Shown here piece after piece: positions 45,906-55,048 of a stretch of 64,000 nucleotides of DNA (positions within the stretch are counted from its first letter, which is position 1; each line of letters opens with the position of its first letter). This stretch comes from a virus (Duplodnaviria > Heunggongvirae > Uroviricota > Caudoviricetes), in IMG/VR virus record IMGVR_UViG_3300028603_000019, positions 67,877 to 131,876 of that record; one strand, given 5' to 3'. The notes below the pieces were generated by a model that searched no databases, had not been told where the DNA came from, and saw only the letters and a list, made by a program, of their open reading frames with translations. A program made the translations under genes and the position numbers.

Positions 45906-46250
45906 TTAATGATCTCTGTATATTGCAATGACACGTTGCTGCTGCTGGATCATCGCACGAATGTCCGACAGATTTAGGGACAATGCTTCATACCCCTCTG
46001 GAGTCAAGGCAAATACTACCCGGTCGCCTCGAATGTTCGCAAAGTGCTCATCGATGTTCTCTGGAGTCAGGATATGCCATTCAATTTCACGAAGTCGAAG
46101 CTGATCGACGGGTGGAACAATCGGCTTTGGTCTCTCAACCTCAAGCGTTCTGACTTCGATCACTGGCGGCTGTTGAATCCGCTCACGTTGATCACAAGCG
46201 CCTAGAAACATCACTACCGCAAAACCTAGAAGAGCAATCCTGATCATCAC
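45906..46250 (-). CDS. o-spanin (outer-membrane lipoprotein)
   Basis: Lipobox VMFLGAC; Pro-rich mature region; 4-nt overlap with the upstream i-spanin gene. Confidence 0.55.
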   Translation of the reverse strand: MMIRIALLGFAVVMFLGACDQRERIQQPPVIEVRTLEVERPKPIVPPVDQLRLREIEWHILTPENIDEHFANIRGDRVVFALTPEGYEALSLNLSDIRAMIQQQQRVIAIYRDH

Positions 46251-46717
46251 CTAAGCTCCTCCATCATCCAGGGACATTCCGTATTAAACTCACTCGAGGA
46301 AGTTGCGGAAAGTTCCCTTTCATTCAGTGGAGCCCCGGACATCAGTTCAAAGCACCGAGCGGCATCCTGTGTGGCATTATTTACGGCACGTTCAATCAAT
46401 CCTGGTTTAGCTTCGGCAAGAGCACCCAAATCATGTCTGCTTAGACGTTCTCTGAGTTCGTTGTTCTGTGACCGAATCACTTGAAACTCGGAAGAAACTC
46501 TCTCATAATTCTCACGAACGCGGGTGAACTCATTCTGGAGTTTATCAATGGTATCCAGATTGGTCTGATTGGCATTGCGAAGCGTGACAATATTGGCTTC
46601 CAACGTGGCATTTGCGGCCACCAGTCCTTGGATCCTCGTTTGAGTGGTGCTGTAGTAATAATATGCAGCACCACCCAAAAGGGCGATCAAGATGCCTATG
46701 AAAATCCAGGACTTCAT
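46247..46717 (-). CDS. i-spanin (type II inner-membrane protein, coiled coil)
   Basis: N-terminal TM segment WIFIGILIALLGGAAYYYY then a long coiled coil. Confidence 0.55.
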   Translation of the reverse strand: MKSWIFIGILIALLGGAAYYYYSTTQTRIQGLVAANATLEANIVTLRNANQTNLDTIDKLQNEFTRVRENYERVSSEFQVIRSQNNELRERLSRHDLGALAEAKPGLIERAVNNATQDAARCFELMSGAPLNERELSATSSSEFNTECPWMMEELR

Positions 46718-46722
46718 TCAAC

Positions 46723-47154
46723 TCACTTCATGTTCTTAAGGTAAGACTGAGCCAATTTCTTGTCGGCAGCGGTCGGTCTCGAAGTCAGCTTGGAAATCTT
46801 GAATACCGATTCGGGAACAGGTTCCACAGAACCATCATCTTCGAGATAGACCGCTTTGGATGGTGAAATCACGACCGCTTTATGAACCGATCCTTTACCA
46901 CCCGGAACTTCAATAACTTCTCCGCGTTTGAAATTGGAAACGAAGGCTTCCTTTAGACTACCAGACGACTTATCTTCATCTTCCTCATCATCGTCGTCTC
47001 CGTCTTTCCGGGCTTTGTCTTTGTCGCCACAATCTTCTTCATCATCACCTTCAAGAAGGGAAACAATGCGAGCTGAAAGCTCCTTGTGGACGGCTTCCTT
47101 AAGGGCAAGTGGTTCCCTCTTTAGGGCTTCGGTTAGAATGTCATTGATAGACAT
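46723..47154 (-). CDS. acidic protein with a capsid-targeting-like N-terminus (internal-protein candidate A)
   Basis: N-terminus MSINDILTEALKREPLALKEAVHKELSARIVSLLEGDDEED is shared with gene 47528..47725 and contains several L/I-x-E motifs. Confidence 0.4.
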   Translation of the reverse strand: MSINDILTEALKREPLALKEAVHKELSARIVSLLEGDDEEDCGDKDKARKDGDDDDEEDEDKSSGSLKEAFVSNFKRGEVIEVPGGKGSVHKAVVISPSKAVYLEDDGSVEPVPESVFKISKLTSRPTAADKKLAQSYLKNMK

Positions 47155-47166
47155 GTTCGTGTCTCC

Positions 47167-47556
47167 TTATTTGAACACCATAAGGGTAGTTTTCTCATTC
47201 ATGTTCACTTTACCGGATTGAGTAACCTTACCTTCTTTATCCATTGATAGCATACCAGTAATTGTTATGGTTTCCGTTGTCTGTCGATGTCCATTGCCAG
47301 TGTCATAATAGAAGGAGTGTTCTGTGTTCATTCCTTTCTTAAAATAATAGTCGGGCTTGGAATTATGAATGGAGATTACGACCTGTGAGCTTTTATTTGC
47401 GGGCCATCCTTTATTAAGGCGACCAACTGCCCAATTTCCACTTTCGTTCTCTTTATGAAGTGCTTTCATCATAGAATCGAGTTTTTGAGACCTAATCCAC
47501 CCACCAGCTTTCATCAGAGGACCGACATCAACTCGATATTTTTTTTGCACTCTCAT
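47167..47556 (-). CDS. hypothetical protein
   Basis: 129-aa ORF between the two duplicated genes. Confidence 0.35.
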   Translation of the reverse strand: MRVQKKYRVDVGPLMKAGGWIRSQKLDSMMKALHKENESGNWAVGRLNKGWPANKSSQVVISIHNSKPDYYFKKGMNTEHSFYYDTGNGHRQTTETITITGMLSMDKEGKVTQSGKVNMNEKTTLMVFK

Positions 47557-47725
47557 CTAGTTCATCATTTTCTTCTTCGCCAGTTTCATCGGCATCTTCT
47601 TGATCTTCTTCATCATCACCCTCAAGAAGGGAAACAATGCGAGCTGAAAGCTCCTTGTGAATGGCTTCTTTGAGGGCAAGTGGTTCCCTCTTTAGGGCTT
47701 CTGCTAGAATATCGTTGATTGACAT
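47528..47725 (-). CDS. small acidic protein with the same capsid-targeting-like N-terminus (internal-protein candidate B)
   Basis: MSINDILAEALKREPLALKEAIHKELSARIVSLLEGDDEEDQED...; 65 aa. Confidence 0.4.
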   Translation of the reverse strand: MSINDILAEALKREPLALKEAIHKELSARIVSLLEGDDEEDQEDADETGEEENDELDESAKKISS

Positions 47726-47760
47726 GTTCGTGATTCCTTGTTGGAAATTTCTGTAATTAT

Positions 47761-48609
47761 TTAGCTTTTCAGGAGCTGATCAATTTGCTTGGAGTCCAAA
47801 ATGCCCGTATCTTGTAACTTATTCAACCTTTGCCATGACTTTACCGCTGCCTCTGTCTGTGGACCAAAGTCTCCATCGACAGGAAGAAGGCGAAGCGCCG
47901 CTTGAACTTGCCTTACCAGATTACCCTTTGAACCCCGTCTCAATGTCTGCCCTTGATGGTCGGGTGGGTTTCCCACAATTACTGTTCGCAATATGTCCTT
48001 GTTGCGATTGTAACGGGTAGTCCTATCTGCCAGGCCGATTGTCCCACCGTTGACAGCCACGCTCATTCCCCGGATATCATCATTATCAGCGAATCGGTTC
48101 AGGTTGTTTATCGTCCAATACCAACAAGCGGACTCAAGCGCCCCCTTCGTGGTCTTTGCATAATCCGCTGCTTCCTCCGCGGCCATTCCAATGGAAGCTC
48201 CAAATCTTTGAAAATTATTCCTTCCGGTAGTCTGAATAAGGCCCGCGCCCCTAAACTTCCATCCATCTCCGTCGTTGACATTTCCTATTTTGTTCCGGCG
48301 AGCGGGGTTCCTGTCATCATATACGAAATTGGCAATCGCTTCGGGGCGGCGAGCATACTGTTGCGCTTGAGCATCCGTCCGAAAATAATTGGGAAATGTT
48401 TGCCGCAGGCCCTGTGCACTATAGTTCAGATTCTCTACCAAGACGCGAAAGTCTGAGGACTCGTGTCCGGTTTGAGACATGAATCCTGCAATCCTGTTCC
48501 TTGTGTCAATGTTGTATTTTTTGAGCATCGGAACAGCGTGTTCATACCAGGTGTCTGCCGTTCGGTTTGTTGGTATCATCCGTGAGAATTGTTCAAGTGT
48601 AATGTTCAT
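47761..48609 (-). CDS. endolysin: GH19-type glycoside hydrolase with C-terminal peptidoglycan-binding domain
   Basis: WKFRGAGLIQTTGRNNF is the GH19 catalytic-region pattern. C-terminal QVQAALRLLPVDGDFGPQTEAAVKSWQ is a PG_binding_1 motif. Confidence 0.7.
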   Translation of the reverse strand: MNITLEQFSRMIPTNRTADTWYEHAVPMLKKYNIDTRNRIAGFMSQTGHESSDFRVLVENLNYSAQGLRQTFPNYFRTDAQAQQYARRPEAIANFVYDDRNPARRNKIGNVNDGDGWKFRGAGLIQTTGRNNFQRFGASIGMAAEEAADYAKTTKGALESACWYWTINNLNRFADNDDIRGMSVAVNGGTIGLADRTTRYNRNKDILRTVIVGNPPDHQGQTLRRGSKGNLVRQVQAALRLLPVDGDFGPQTEAAVKSWQRLNKLQDTGILDSKQIDQLLKS

Positions 48610-49556
48610 ATCATATCTCTCTTGATGGGTTCCTTTCGCTTCTTGTTCTTCCGTCGATGAGCAAGAACTTGAGCCAACGTCAATCCAGGTTCACCATCTG
48701 GACCTACTCCCATTCCCGCTACCGCACCACTTCCGGTCGATGTGGTGGGGCCATCCTCGGCCAATTTGGTGTTCGTGAGAGTGAAGATGGTCTCGGGTCC
48801 AGCAGTTTTCACATCAAACTTGTAACCCTTCTTGGAAGCAAATGTCTTGACCATTCTAGTGTATAGACTGGTTCGAGAATCTTTGCCGGCACCCTCATTC
48901 TCTTTGGAAGAGGAGAATTTTAGTCGTCTGGGTTTCTCTTGATCCAGGAATTTTTCAATGATGTCCAAGATTGTGGCAAAAATTCGGAATTCATCTCCGG
49001 TTCCAGTGCGTTCCAGATCCTCGTCCCTGGCAAAGTCAATATGCCAAAATGCCTTTGAAGTTCCGAGAAAATATCCGTCAAACACCACATCCACCGAGGA
49101 ACCATCTGTGGGTTTGAAGTTAGCTCCCGTCTTACCGGAGACCTGCTTAGGACCAAATTTTCGTATCGGCTCCATCTTATATGAATAAGGCTGGTTGAAT
49201 ACCTCGTTCAAATGCTCCTCGAGGTCATTCATCAATTCCAGTGGATATTGAGCATGAACATCTTCATTTAGAACCTGTCCACTGATATCCACGCCTTCAC
49301 GAATCAGATATAGTGCTGCCGCATATGATGCCAGGCGAGACTGACCACCCGGTACACGCTCGATCAGTTTTTTGATATTCAGGAGCATGATATCGAAGAG
49401 GCCGAATGCATTCCTCTCGGCAACATTTCTGAGTTCGCGTCGTTTCTTCAAGATGGTGCCACGCTCATCGATGATACCAAGCTTGAAGGCTTCCCAGTCC
49501 TTGAACGGTGTTGCCAATCGTCGAATGAACTGATATATCATGAACAGATCAAGCAT
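48606..49556 (-). CDS. hypothetical protein
   Basis: 316-aa ORF. Confidence 0.4.
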   Translation of the reverse strand: MLDLFMIYQFIRRLATPFKDWEAFKLGIIDERGTILKKRRELRNVAERNAFGLFDIMLLNIKKLIERVPGGQSRLASYAAALYLIREGVDISGQVLNEDVHAQYPLELMNDLEEHLNEVFNQPYSYKMEPIRKFGPKQVSGKTGANFKPTDGSSVDVVFDGYFLGTSKAFWHIDFARDEDLERTGTGDEFRIFATILDIIEKFLDQEKPRRLKFSSSKENEGAGKDSRTSLYTRMVKTFASKKGYKFDVKTAGPETIFTLTNTKLAEDGPTTSTGSGAVAGMGVGPDGEPGLTLAQVLAHRRKNKKRKEPIKRDMI

Positions 49557-49940
49557 TCACACTGTCTCCCGGTGCTCAAGGCACATCGTTATTGTCTCAT
49601 CGGAATCGATCAGACGTGTATCTATCATTCGGCTATTGTAGGTTATCATCACCGGCAATCTTTTCATATTCTGAAGAAAGGGTTTCAGGCAGTCGTGAAA
49701 CCCTTCCAATCTCATGAACAGCATATTCGCGACATCATCGTCAAAGGTATTGTGAAGGACGATGAGATGATTCTGGATTAGCCGGACCTTCAATTCACCG
49801 GTTTGCCGGTATCTGTTGAATAACTTGCGGACGTATTGAAATCTCCGCAAGTCCTCTTCAAATTCCTCTACGCCGCTACAGCTTGGATTATAGTAGCTTC
49901 GCGCGGCATAGAGGAGAAAGGTCGACTCATCCAGGATCAT
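49557..49940 (-). CDS. hypothetical protein
   Basis: 127-aa ORF. Confidence 0.35.
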   Translation of the reverse strand: MILDESTFLLYAARSYYNPSCSGVEEFEEDLRRFQYVRKLFNRYRQTGELKVRLIQNHLIVLHNTFDDDVANMLFMRLEGFHDCLKPFLQNMKRLPVMITYNSRMIDTRLIDSDETITMCLEHRETV

Positions 49941-50362
49941 TAGTTCTTGAAGGCTACCAGAGTTTCCACGCGACGACGGGTATTGGCGTTCTGATCGGTA
50001 TATTCTTGGATCAGGTTCCAGCCCGGAGTCTTAATGCCATCTTCACGATAGTCCGTGTTTGCCGCATCAAGAGTGGATACCAGAACTGCTTCAATAGCGT
50101 CTGTCACTGAAAGGTATTTTGGTACCTCGCTGAGCAGGATTTCCTCGTCGGATGCTCCAAGCTCAGCGGCTGGAACAACTTCAAGGGTTTCATTATCCAC
50201 GACCTCGATCACGACGAATCGTTCACCATCAAGATCGACCACGTTTCTGATGCTCACTTCTTCGGTGAACAATGTATTTGAACCGACGATTGTTGACTCA
50301 CCATTGGCAATGCTACCAGTTCCGGTAAGTAGAATGTCGGCGTTCTTTCCCCATAGTGCCAT
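49940..50362 (-). CDS. hypothetical protein
   Basis: 140-aa ORF. Confidence 0.35.
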   Translation of the reverse strand: MALWGKNADILLTGTGSIANGESTIVGSNTLFTEEVSIRNVVDLDGERFVVIEVVDNETLEVVPAAELGASDEEILLSEVPKYLSVTDAIEAVLVSTLDAANTDYREDGIKTPGWNLIQEYTDQNANTRRRVETLVAFKN

Positions 50363-50685
50363 TATTGTTCTCCTGTATCGGGGTTATTCTCTTCATTATT
50401 TATCTCTGATGGATTGTTGAGTTTGAGTTCCAACTCACGGATCATATTATCCAGTGTCCGGCGCCTATCCAGGTGGATATCAAAATTCTCGGCGAACAGG
50501 TCTAACTGAAGCTTGCTGTCAAAAGTCTTGGCTTGCTCCAGGATGTAGTCTTTGTCCGAAACTGGATCCTCATCAACTTCATCTCCAACAAAACCGGGCT
50601 CCGTCAGGATCAGATATTCTGGTTCCGAGTTCACATTCGCAGGAAGAGATTTTCCCTTCCTCTCAAGATACCTACTCAATTTCAT
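50362..50685 (-). CDS. hypothetical protein
   Basis: 107-aa ORF. Confidence 0.35.
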   Translation of the reverse strand: MKLSRYLERKGKSLPANVNSEPEYLILTEPGFVGDEVDEDPVSDKDYILEQAKTFDSKLQLDLFAENFDIHLDRRRTLDNMIRELELKLNNPSEINNEENNPDTGEQ

Positions 50686-51052
50686 CGGGCTCTTCCTCTT
50701 CTGTTTCCGGTTCGGTTTCCGTAATGGTCGAAGACATAAAAATCAATCCTTCACGAATCTTCTTGGAAACACCATTGGGCGTCCACATCACGATATCATA
50801 GTTGTATTTGCCTGGTGGCATGCCACGGGTCTCATCACCCGAAACCGAAACTGTGATACTCATATCCTCTTCAATTTTCACTTCCATCTGGAATATCGGA
50901 CCATGTTGATATATTTTTCTGGCCGTTCCCCGAAAGATATTCTCGGAAATATCCTCCGGTTCTGCATGATCAAACAGGTTCAGGTTGATCATATAGTCCA
51001 CACCAGCATCCATATAGAGATTGGATCTGGTCAAAGGAAATACAGGTATCAT
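50672..51052 (-). CDS. hypothetical protein
   Basis: 126-aa ORF. Confidence 0.35.
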   Translation of the reverse strand: MIPVFPLTRSNLYMDAGVDYMINLNLFDHAEPEDISENIFRGTARKIYQHGPIFQMEVKIEEDMSITVSVSGDETRGMPPGKYNYDIVMWTPNGVSKKIREGLIFMSSTITETEPETEEEEPDEIE

Positions 51053-51465
51053 CCGAATAATCTTCCTAGAAACATCTTAAGGGCCGCGATTGGCAACAGG
51101 GCCGGAAATCTGAGCCGGTGCCTACATTCTGTCGACCACTCTGGATAATGATTATCAATCCACCCATGATATCTGTGCCAGAGACATATATGAGATTGAT
51201 TTGAAGGATCTCGACAATACCAGAATACCGCCCTGAATGTCAGGATAGCCATCCACCAACGCCAGATACTCCAGCCCTCGGTGATATATAGAACTGTTGC
51301 CGCATAGTCATCGCAATCACCTTCCATGGGGGCATTAACATCGCCCTTGGATTTCAGGATTCTCCAGGTATCCAAACTGCCGTCTGATTTGTATTGAAAC
51401 CGGCTGTTGAATTCAAAAAGGGTCAATCTCATGATGTTCACACGTAATCGAGAAGGGTTTTCCAC
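51049..51465 (-). CDS. hypothetical protein
   Basis: 138-aa ORF. Confidence 0.35.
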   Translation of the reverse strand: MENPSRLRVNIMRLTLFEFNSRFQYKSDGSLDTWRILKSKGDVNAPMEGDCDDYAATVLYITEGWSIWRWWMAILTFRAVFWYCRDPSNQSHICLWHRYHGWIDNHYPEWSTECRHRLRFPALLPIAALKMFLGRLFG

Positions 51466-52994
51466 TCGGGAAGTCCGGATTTATAGAGGTCAACCGCTGC
51501 CACAAATGTCCTCATTGACGGTGCCTTGAGAATACCCTTGATATTCTGTCCGCGAAGATAATCAAGAATTTCCTCTTTTACATCTAGAGGTACATCTCGA
51601 TCGCCCAAATGAGGAAGGATACTCCTCATTCTCAAGAACATTTGTTCATCGGTAAGGGTCATATCAATCTTGGCCGATCTGTTCAAGACGGCGCTATCCA
51701 TCTTATCTATACTCAAGTTTGAGATGAAGATGATACGACCTTCGTAATTGAACTCTGATGGCATTCTGATTTTTGGATCTTCCGGATTTGTCAGAAGTCG
51801 ATCATCGATGTTGTCATTAAGTTGTTCTTTTTCGGCATCAGGCATCCTCGACACGTTAATAGTTCGAGGAGAAATCCATGAGATGGTTCTGGTATCATAT
51901 GAATCAAGTGCGGCCTTTAGGATATTGGAAGCTTCCGAATCGCCCCACATAGAATCGGCATCATCAAAGACTAAAATACCTCCCTTTCTATGGAGAAATA
52001 GTGTTTGATATAAGGCTGATGTAGTAATTTTACCCTTTACAATATACCAATCTCGGTTCTTTGCAAGTCCTTCTTCCTTTAGAGTTTCTACCACTATATG
52101 ACTCTTGCCGGTCCTGGCTCCACCTATAACTACGAGAGAATTTCTTGATCCGCGGGATACAAGTTTGACGAGACTCTTTAGGATGCCGAATAGGGACTCT
52201 GGATTCTTCACTTCCTGTTTCACATCAGGATTATTGACGGCATGAGATATGGTTTTCAGCATATCCTCAGCCTTCTTGTCTCCCTTCACCGAGAGGAAGG
52301 CTTTGGTATTTGGATCCTGTGCTGTGACCTTGATGTAATACAACGGCTCGGTTTGTCTGGCTGGTTTATCCGCGTCACGTGCACCAGCGTCACTCGTGAT
52401 CTGTGTGAGATCAAAGAAGCCGCCTTTACCAGGAACTTTCTTTGCGCGGACGATGGAGGGAATTTGTCGATCATGTGACAGAGCAATATCTGACAACACG
52501 CCCCACGGGACACGGTTCATCTGAATGGACGGGGGAACATTCTTCTGGACCAGTTCAAAGAAATCGTCTGGTGAGATCCTCTTGGCCTCCACGAGCATGT
52601 CAGCCGATTCGGTAAGTTCCGCGTAGGCAGGTATCTTGGCAGGTGCTGGCCGTCTGATAACATCGATCAGCTTCTTTCCTGCTCCTAGCAGGCCCATCCC
52701 GTCTAGGTCAACCGTGAAGTCGCCGTTGGTTCCGAGTTTGAATTTGTTCCAGAGCGTCAGTGACTTGATGCCACCTTGAAGATAGTTGATGCGAATGGCT
52801 TTTGTCCTGTCGTAAAAATACAGGATGCCCTCGCCCTTGTTGATTTCACAGTAGCCCCTCGGACCACCAAATCGGTACAGGCGGGTTTGGAGTTCTCGTT
52901 CAATGATTCGCTTAAATATATCAGCGACCTTGTCCAGGTTAGATCTTGAGACTTTCGCCTCGGTGATGAATTCGAGAAAGGAAGGTAGGGTCAT
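51438..52994 (-). CDS. P-loop ATPase of unknown function
   Basis: Walker A GGARTGKSH; Walker B-like ILVFDDADS; 518 aa. Confidence 0.45.
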   Translation of the reverse strand: MTLPSFLEFITEAKVSRSNLDKVADIFKRIIERELQTRLYRFGGPRGYCEINKGEGILYFYDRTKAIRINYLQGGIKSLTLWNKFKLGTNGDFTVDLDGMGLLGAGKKLIDVIRRPAPAKIPAYAELTESADMLVEAKRISPDDFFELVQKNVPPSIQMNRVPWGVLSDIALSHDRQIPSIVRAKKVPGKGGFFDLTQITSDAGARDADKPARQTEPLYYIKVTAQDPNTKAFLSVKGDKKAEDMLKTISHAVNNPDVKQEVKNPESLFGILKSLVKLVSRGSRNSLVVIGGARTGKSHIVVETLKEEGLAKNRDWYIVKGKITTSALYQTLFLHRKGGILVFDDADSMWGDSEASNILKAALDSYDTRTISWISPRTINVSRMPDAEKEQLNDNIDDRLLTNPEDPKIRMPSEFNYEGRIIFISNLSIDKMDSAVLNRSAKIDMTLTDEQMFLRMRSILPHLGDRDVPLDVKEEILDYLRGQNIKGILKAPSMRTFVAAVDLYKSGLPEWKTLLDYV

Positions 52995-53003
52995 ATGGCA
53001 AGC

Positions 53004-54431
53004 TCACACTTTTATGATTGGGTTTGGGGTGCGGAAATTGGGTTTTCGCATGATCGTTTTTGCAATAATATCGATCTGATCATTCCGACGATCATATTCC
53101 AGGGCAACGGGCATATTCAAGTTGCTCTGTAGGTCCTTGATCACGACTTCAGCATCTTTATGCTTGGACAAGGATCGGTCGCCTCCACGATATTTCTCAT
53201 ACAGTTTCTTGATCAGCGCCGCGAGTTCTTTGAGGTCGATGCAGGGATCATTGCGGTCATGAGACATGCGCTCACGGAAGTGTCGAGTGAATTCAAAATC
53301 AATGCCGAATTTCTTGAACAGCTTGTCCACGATGCCTTCAAACTGTTTCATTTGAGACATGGTAATGATTGGGCATGATGCGGTGTTCTCGTCAATGATG
53401 TATCCGAATTGCTCTTGGAATGCCTCGTTGATATGAGAGGCATTTGTATGGCGGACTTTGTATTCCTTTCCGGTATCAGAGCGGACAGTGATATCTTGCG
53501 TGTCGCTGTCGATGATTGTTCCCTCATCTTCTCCATCATCTACAAGGGCCATGGAATGAGTGGAAAACTTGATCCTGTCGCCACGCTTGAAGTCACCGAA
53601 GGTCGAGGGGATATTTGAAGATTGATAAGACTCACCGGGCGTGGCATCCTTATAGACTTGAACCAAGGAGTCCGTTCCCTGTTCTCTATCTGATGGGTCA
53701 TCACCAAATCGAGCTTCGGTCACATTCATAATTTCTAGGGCATCTTCAAGATCATCTTGTGGTCGCGCCTTGCAGTTCTTATACATGCGAAACCGCATGT
53801 CGTGCTTGGGTTTTCCGTCCTTGTCCAGAAGTTGGTGATACCTCTTCTTGGCAGTATCACATCCCTCAATCAAGAATTTCTCGAAGAGGTTATCAAGGTT
53901 CGTTGTGTCTTCCGTATTTTCACGTTTCTGTCCCTTACCGAGATTAGCAAGACGTTGAACCTCGGCTTGTCGCACTTTGGGAAGCTCGCGGCGGGCGATA
54001 CGTTGAATCATCGTCTTTGGCATCCGTTGAACGCGCTTGTCAAGGGCCACTTTCTCTGAAGGTGACATTTCTCGGTATGGTTTATTCCTGGAGAGGCGAT
54101 CCTTGATAATCTTCAATGCTTTCCGTTGTGCCCGTGCTTTCAGCTTCTCCGGGGAAGCCTTGCGGCGCTTGAGTCGACGTCTCGCGGCGGCAATCTTTGT
54201 GCGGAAGCGGCGCATTGTTCGACCGCGCTTCAGGCGCTGCTGAATACTTAGAGGAGCTTCAGAGATCATTTCATCGTCGGGTTCTGGTTGTTCGTTGAGG
54301 ACCGGATCAATTTCAATGTATTTCTTCGGATCACGAGTTTTCAACTTCTTCTCCCGTTTTTCCTTCTTGGGAGTTTCATCTTCCTGCTCAACCTCATCCC
54401 GATCTTTGTCTTCAATTTCTTCGGCCATCAC
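53004..54431 (-). CDS. hypothetical protein with a highly charged N-terminus
   Basis: 475 aa; N-terminal 120 residues are Lys/Glu/Arg-rich. Confidence 0.4.
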   Translation of the reverse strand: MMAEEIEDKDRDEVEQEDETPKKEKREKKLKTRDPKKYIEIDPVLNEQPEPDDEMISEAPLSIQQRLKRGRTMRRFRTKIAAARRRLKRRKASPEKLKARAQRKALKIIKDRLSRNKPYREMSPSEKVALDKRVQRMPKTMIQRIARRELPKVRQAEVQRLANLGKGQKRENTEDTTNLDNLFEKFLIEGCDTAKKRYHQLLDKDGKPKHDMRFRMYKNCKARPQDDLEDALEIMNVTEARFGDDPSDREQGTDSLVQVYKDATPGESYQSSNIPSTFGDFKRGDRIKFSTHSMALVDDGEDEGTIIDSDTQDITVRSDTGKEYKVRHTNASHINEAFQEQFGYIIDENTASCPIITMSQMKQFEGIVDKLFKKFGIDFEFTRHFRERMSHDRNDPCIDLKELAALIKKLYEKYRGGDRSLSKHKDAEVVIKDLQSNLNMPVALEYDRRNDQIDIIAKTIMRKPNFRTPNPIIKV

Positions 54432-54448
54432 AAACCTCTGTGGAAATA

Positions 54449-55048
54449 CTATTCTTGATTATTTATCTCGGAGGGAGCCTTCCGTTCATACGGCAATCGG
54501 GTATCTACACCTTGGGACAGGTTATACACCGGAACTCTGTGATCTTCGGCAATGGTCTCCAATCTTCGGTATATATTGATCAAATAATCGGGATCTCCTT
54601 TTCCATACTTTTCTGCCATCCTGTCAGGATCTGGTATACCGTTTTTGATAATATCATTGCCAAGACCATAAATGTGCGTGGCACCTTCCTCGTTCAGAAC
54701 ATAGTTCATGTCGGCACCCAGGAAGCAGAGACTTTTTGGTTTCAGGAGTGCCAGTGCCCAATATGCAGCGTTGAGTGTAATGGAATATCCACACTCTTTC
54801 TGACCTCCAAACTCCCTCAGGGAGTGGCCGTATGTCTTCACGATTCGCTGATGCGTTAGTGGTGTCGGGACCGCTCCGTTGAAATCATTTGACCTGACCC
54901 AAAAATCCCACAGGTCTGGGCACGCTTGCCAGCCGTTGTTCACTGCCACAATGGTCCAACCATTATCCTTATAGGGATAATCATGAACCTGGTGGGCACT
55001 CATTCCGGAAGCGACAAGGAGCACGTGATTATTCTGAAGCTTGTTACT
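54449..55048 (-). CDS. DUF115/MptE-like (Maf/GT42 sialyltransferase-like) putative glycosyltransferase
   Basis: HVLLVASGMSA ... CFLGADMNY parallels Cst-II IAGNGPSL ... YLSGIDFY. Start at MSNKLQ, in ATGA overlap with the sulfotransferase stop. Confidence 0.4.
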   Translation of the reverse strand, partial: SNKLQNNHVLLVASGMSAHQVHDYPYKDNGWTIVAVNNGWQACPDLWDFWVRSNDFNGAVPTPLTHQRIVKTYGHSLREFGGQKECGYSITLNAAYWALALLKPKSLCFLGADMNYVLNEEGATHIYGLGNDIIKNGIPDPDRMAEKYGKGDPDYLINIYRRLETIAEDHRVPVYNLSQGVDTRLPYERKAPSEINNQE

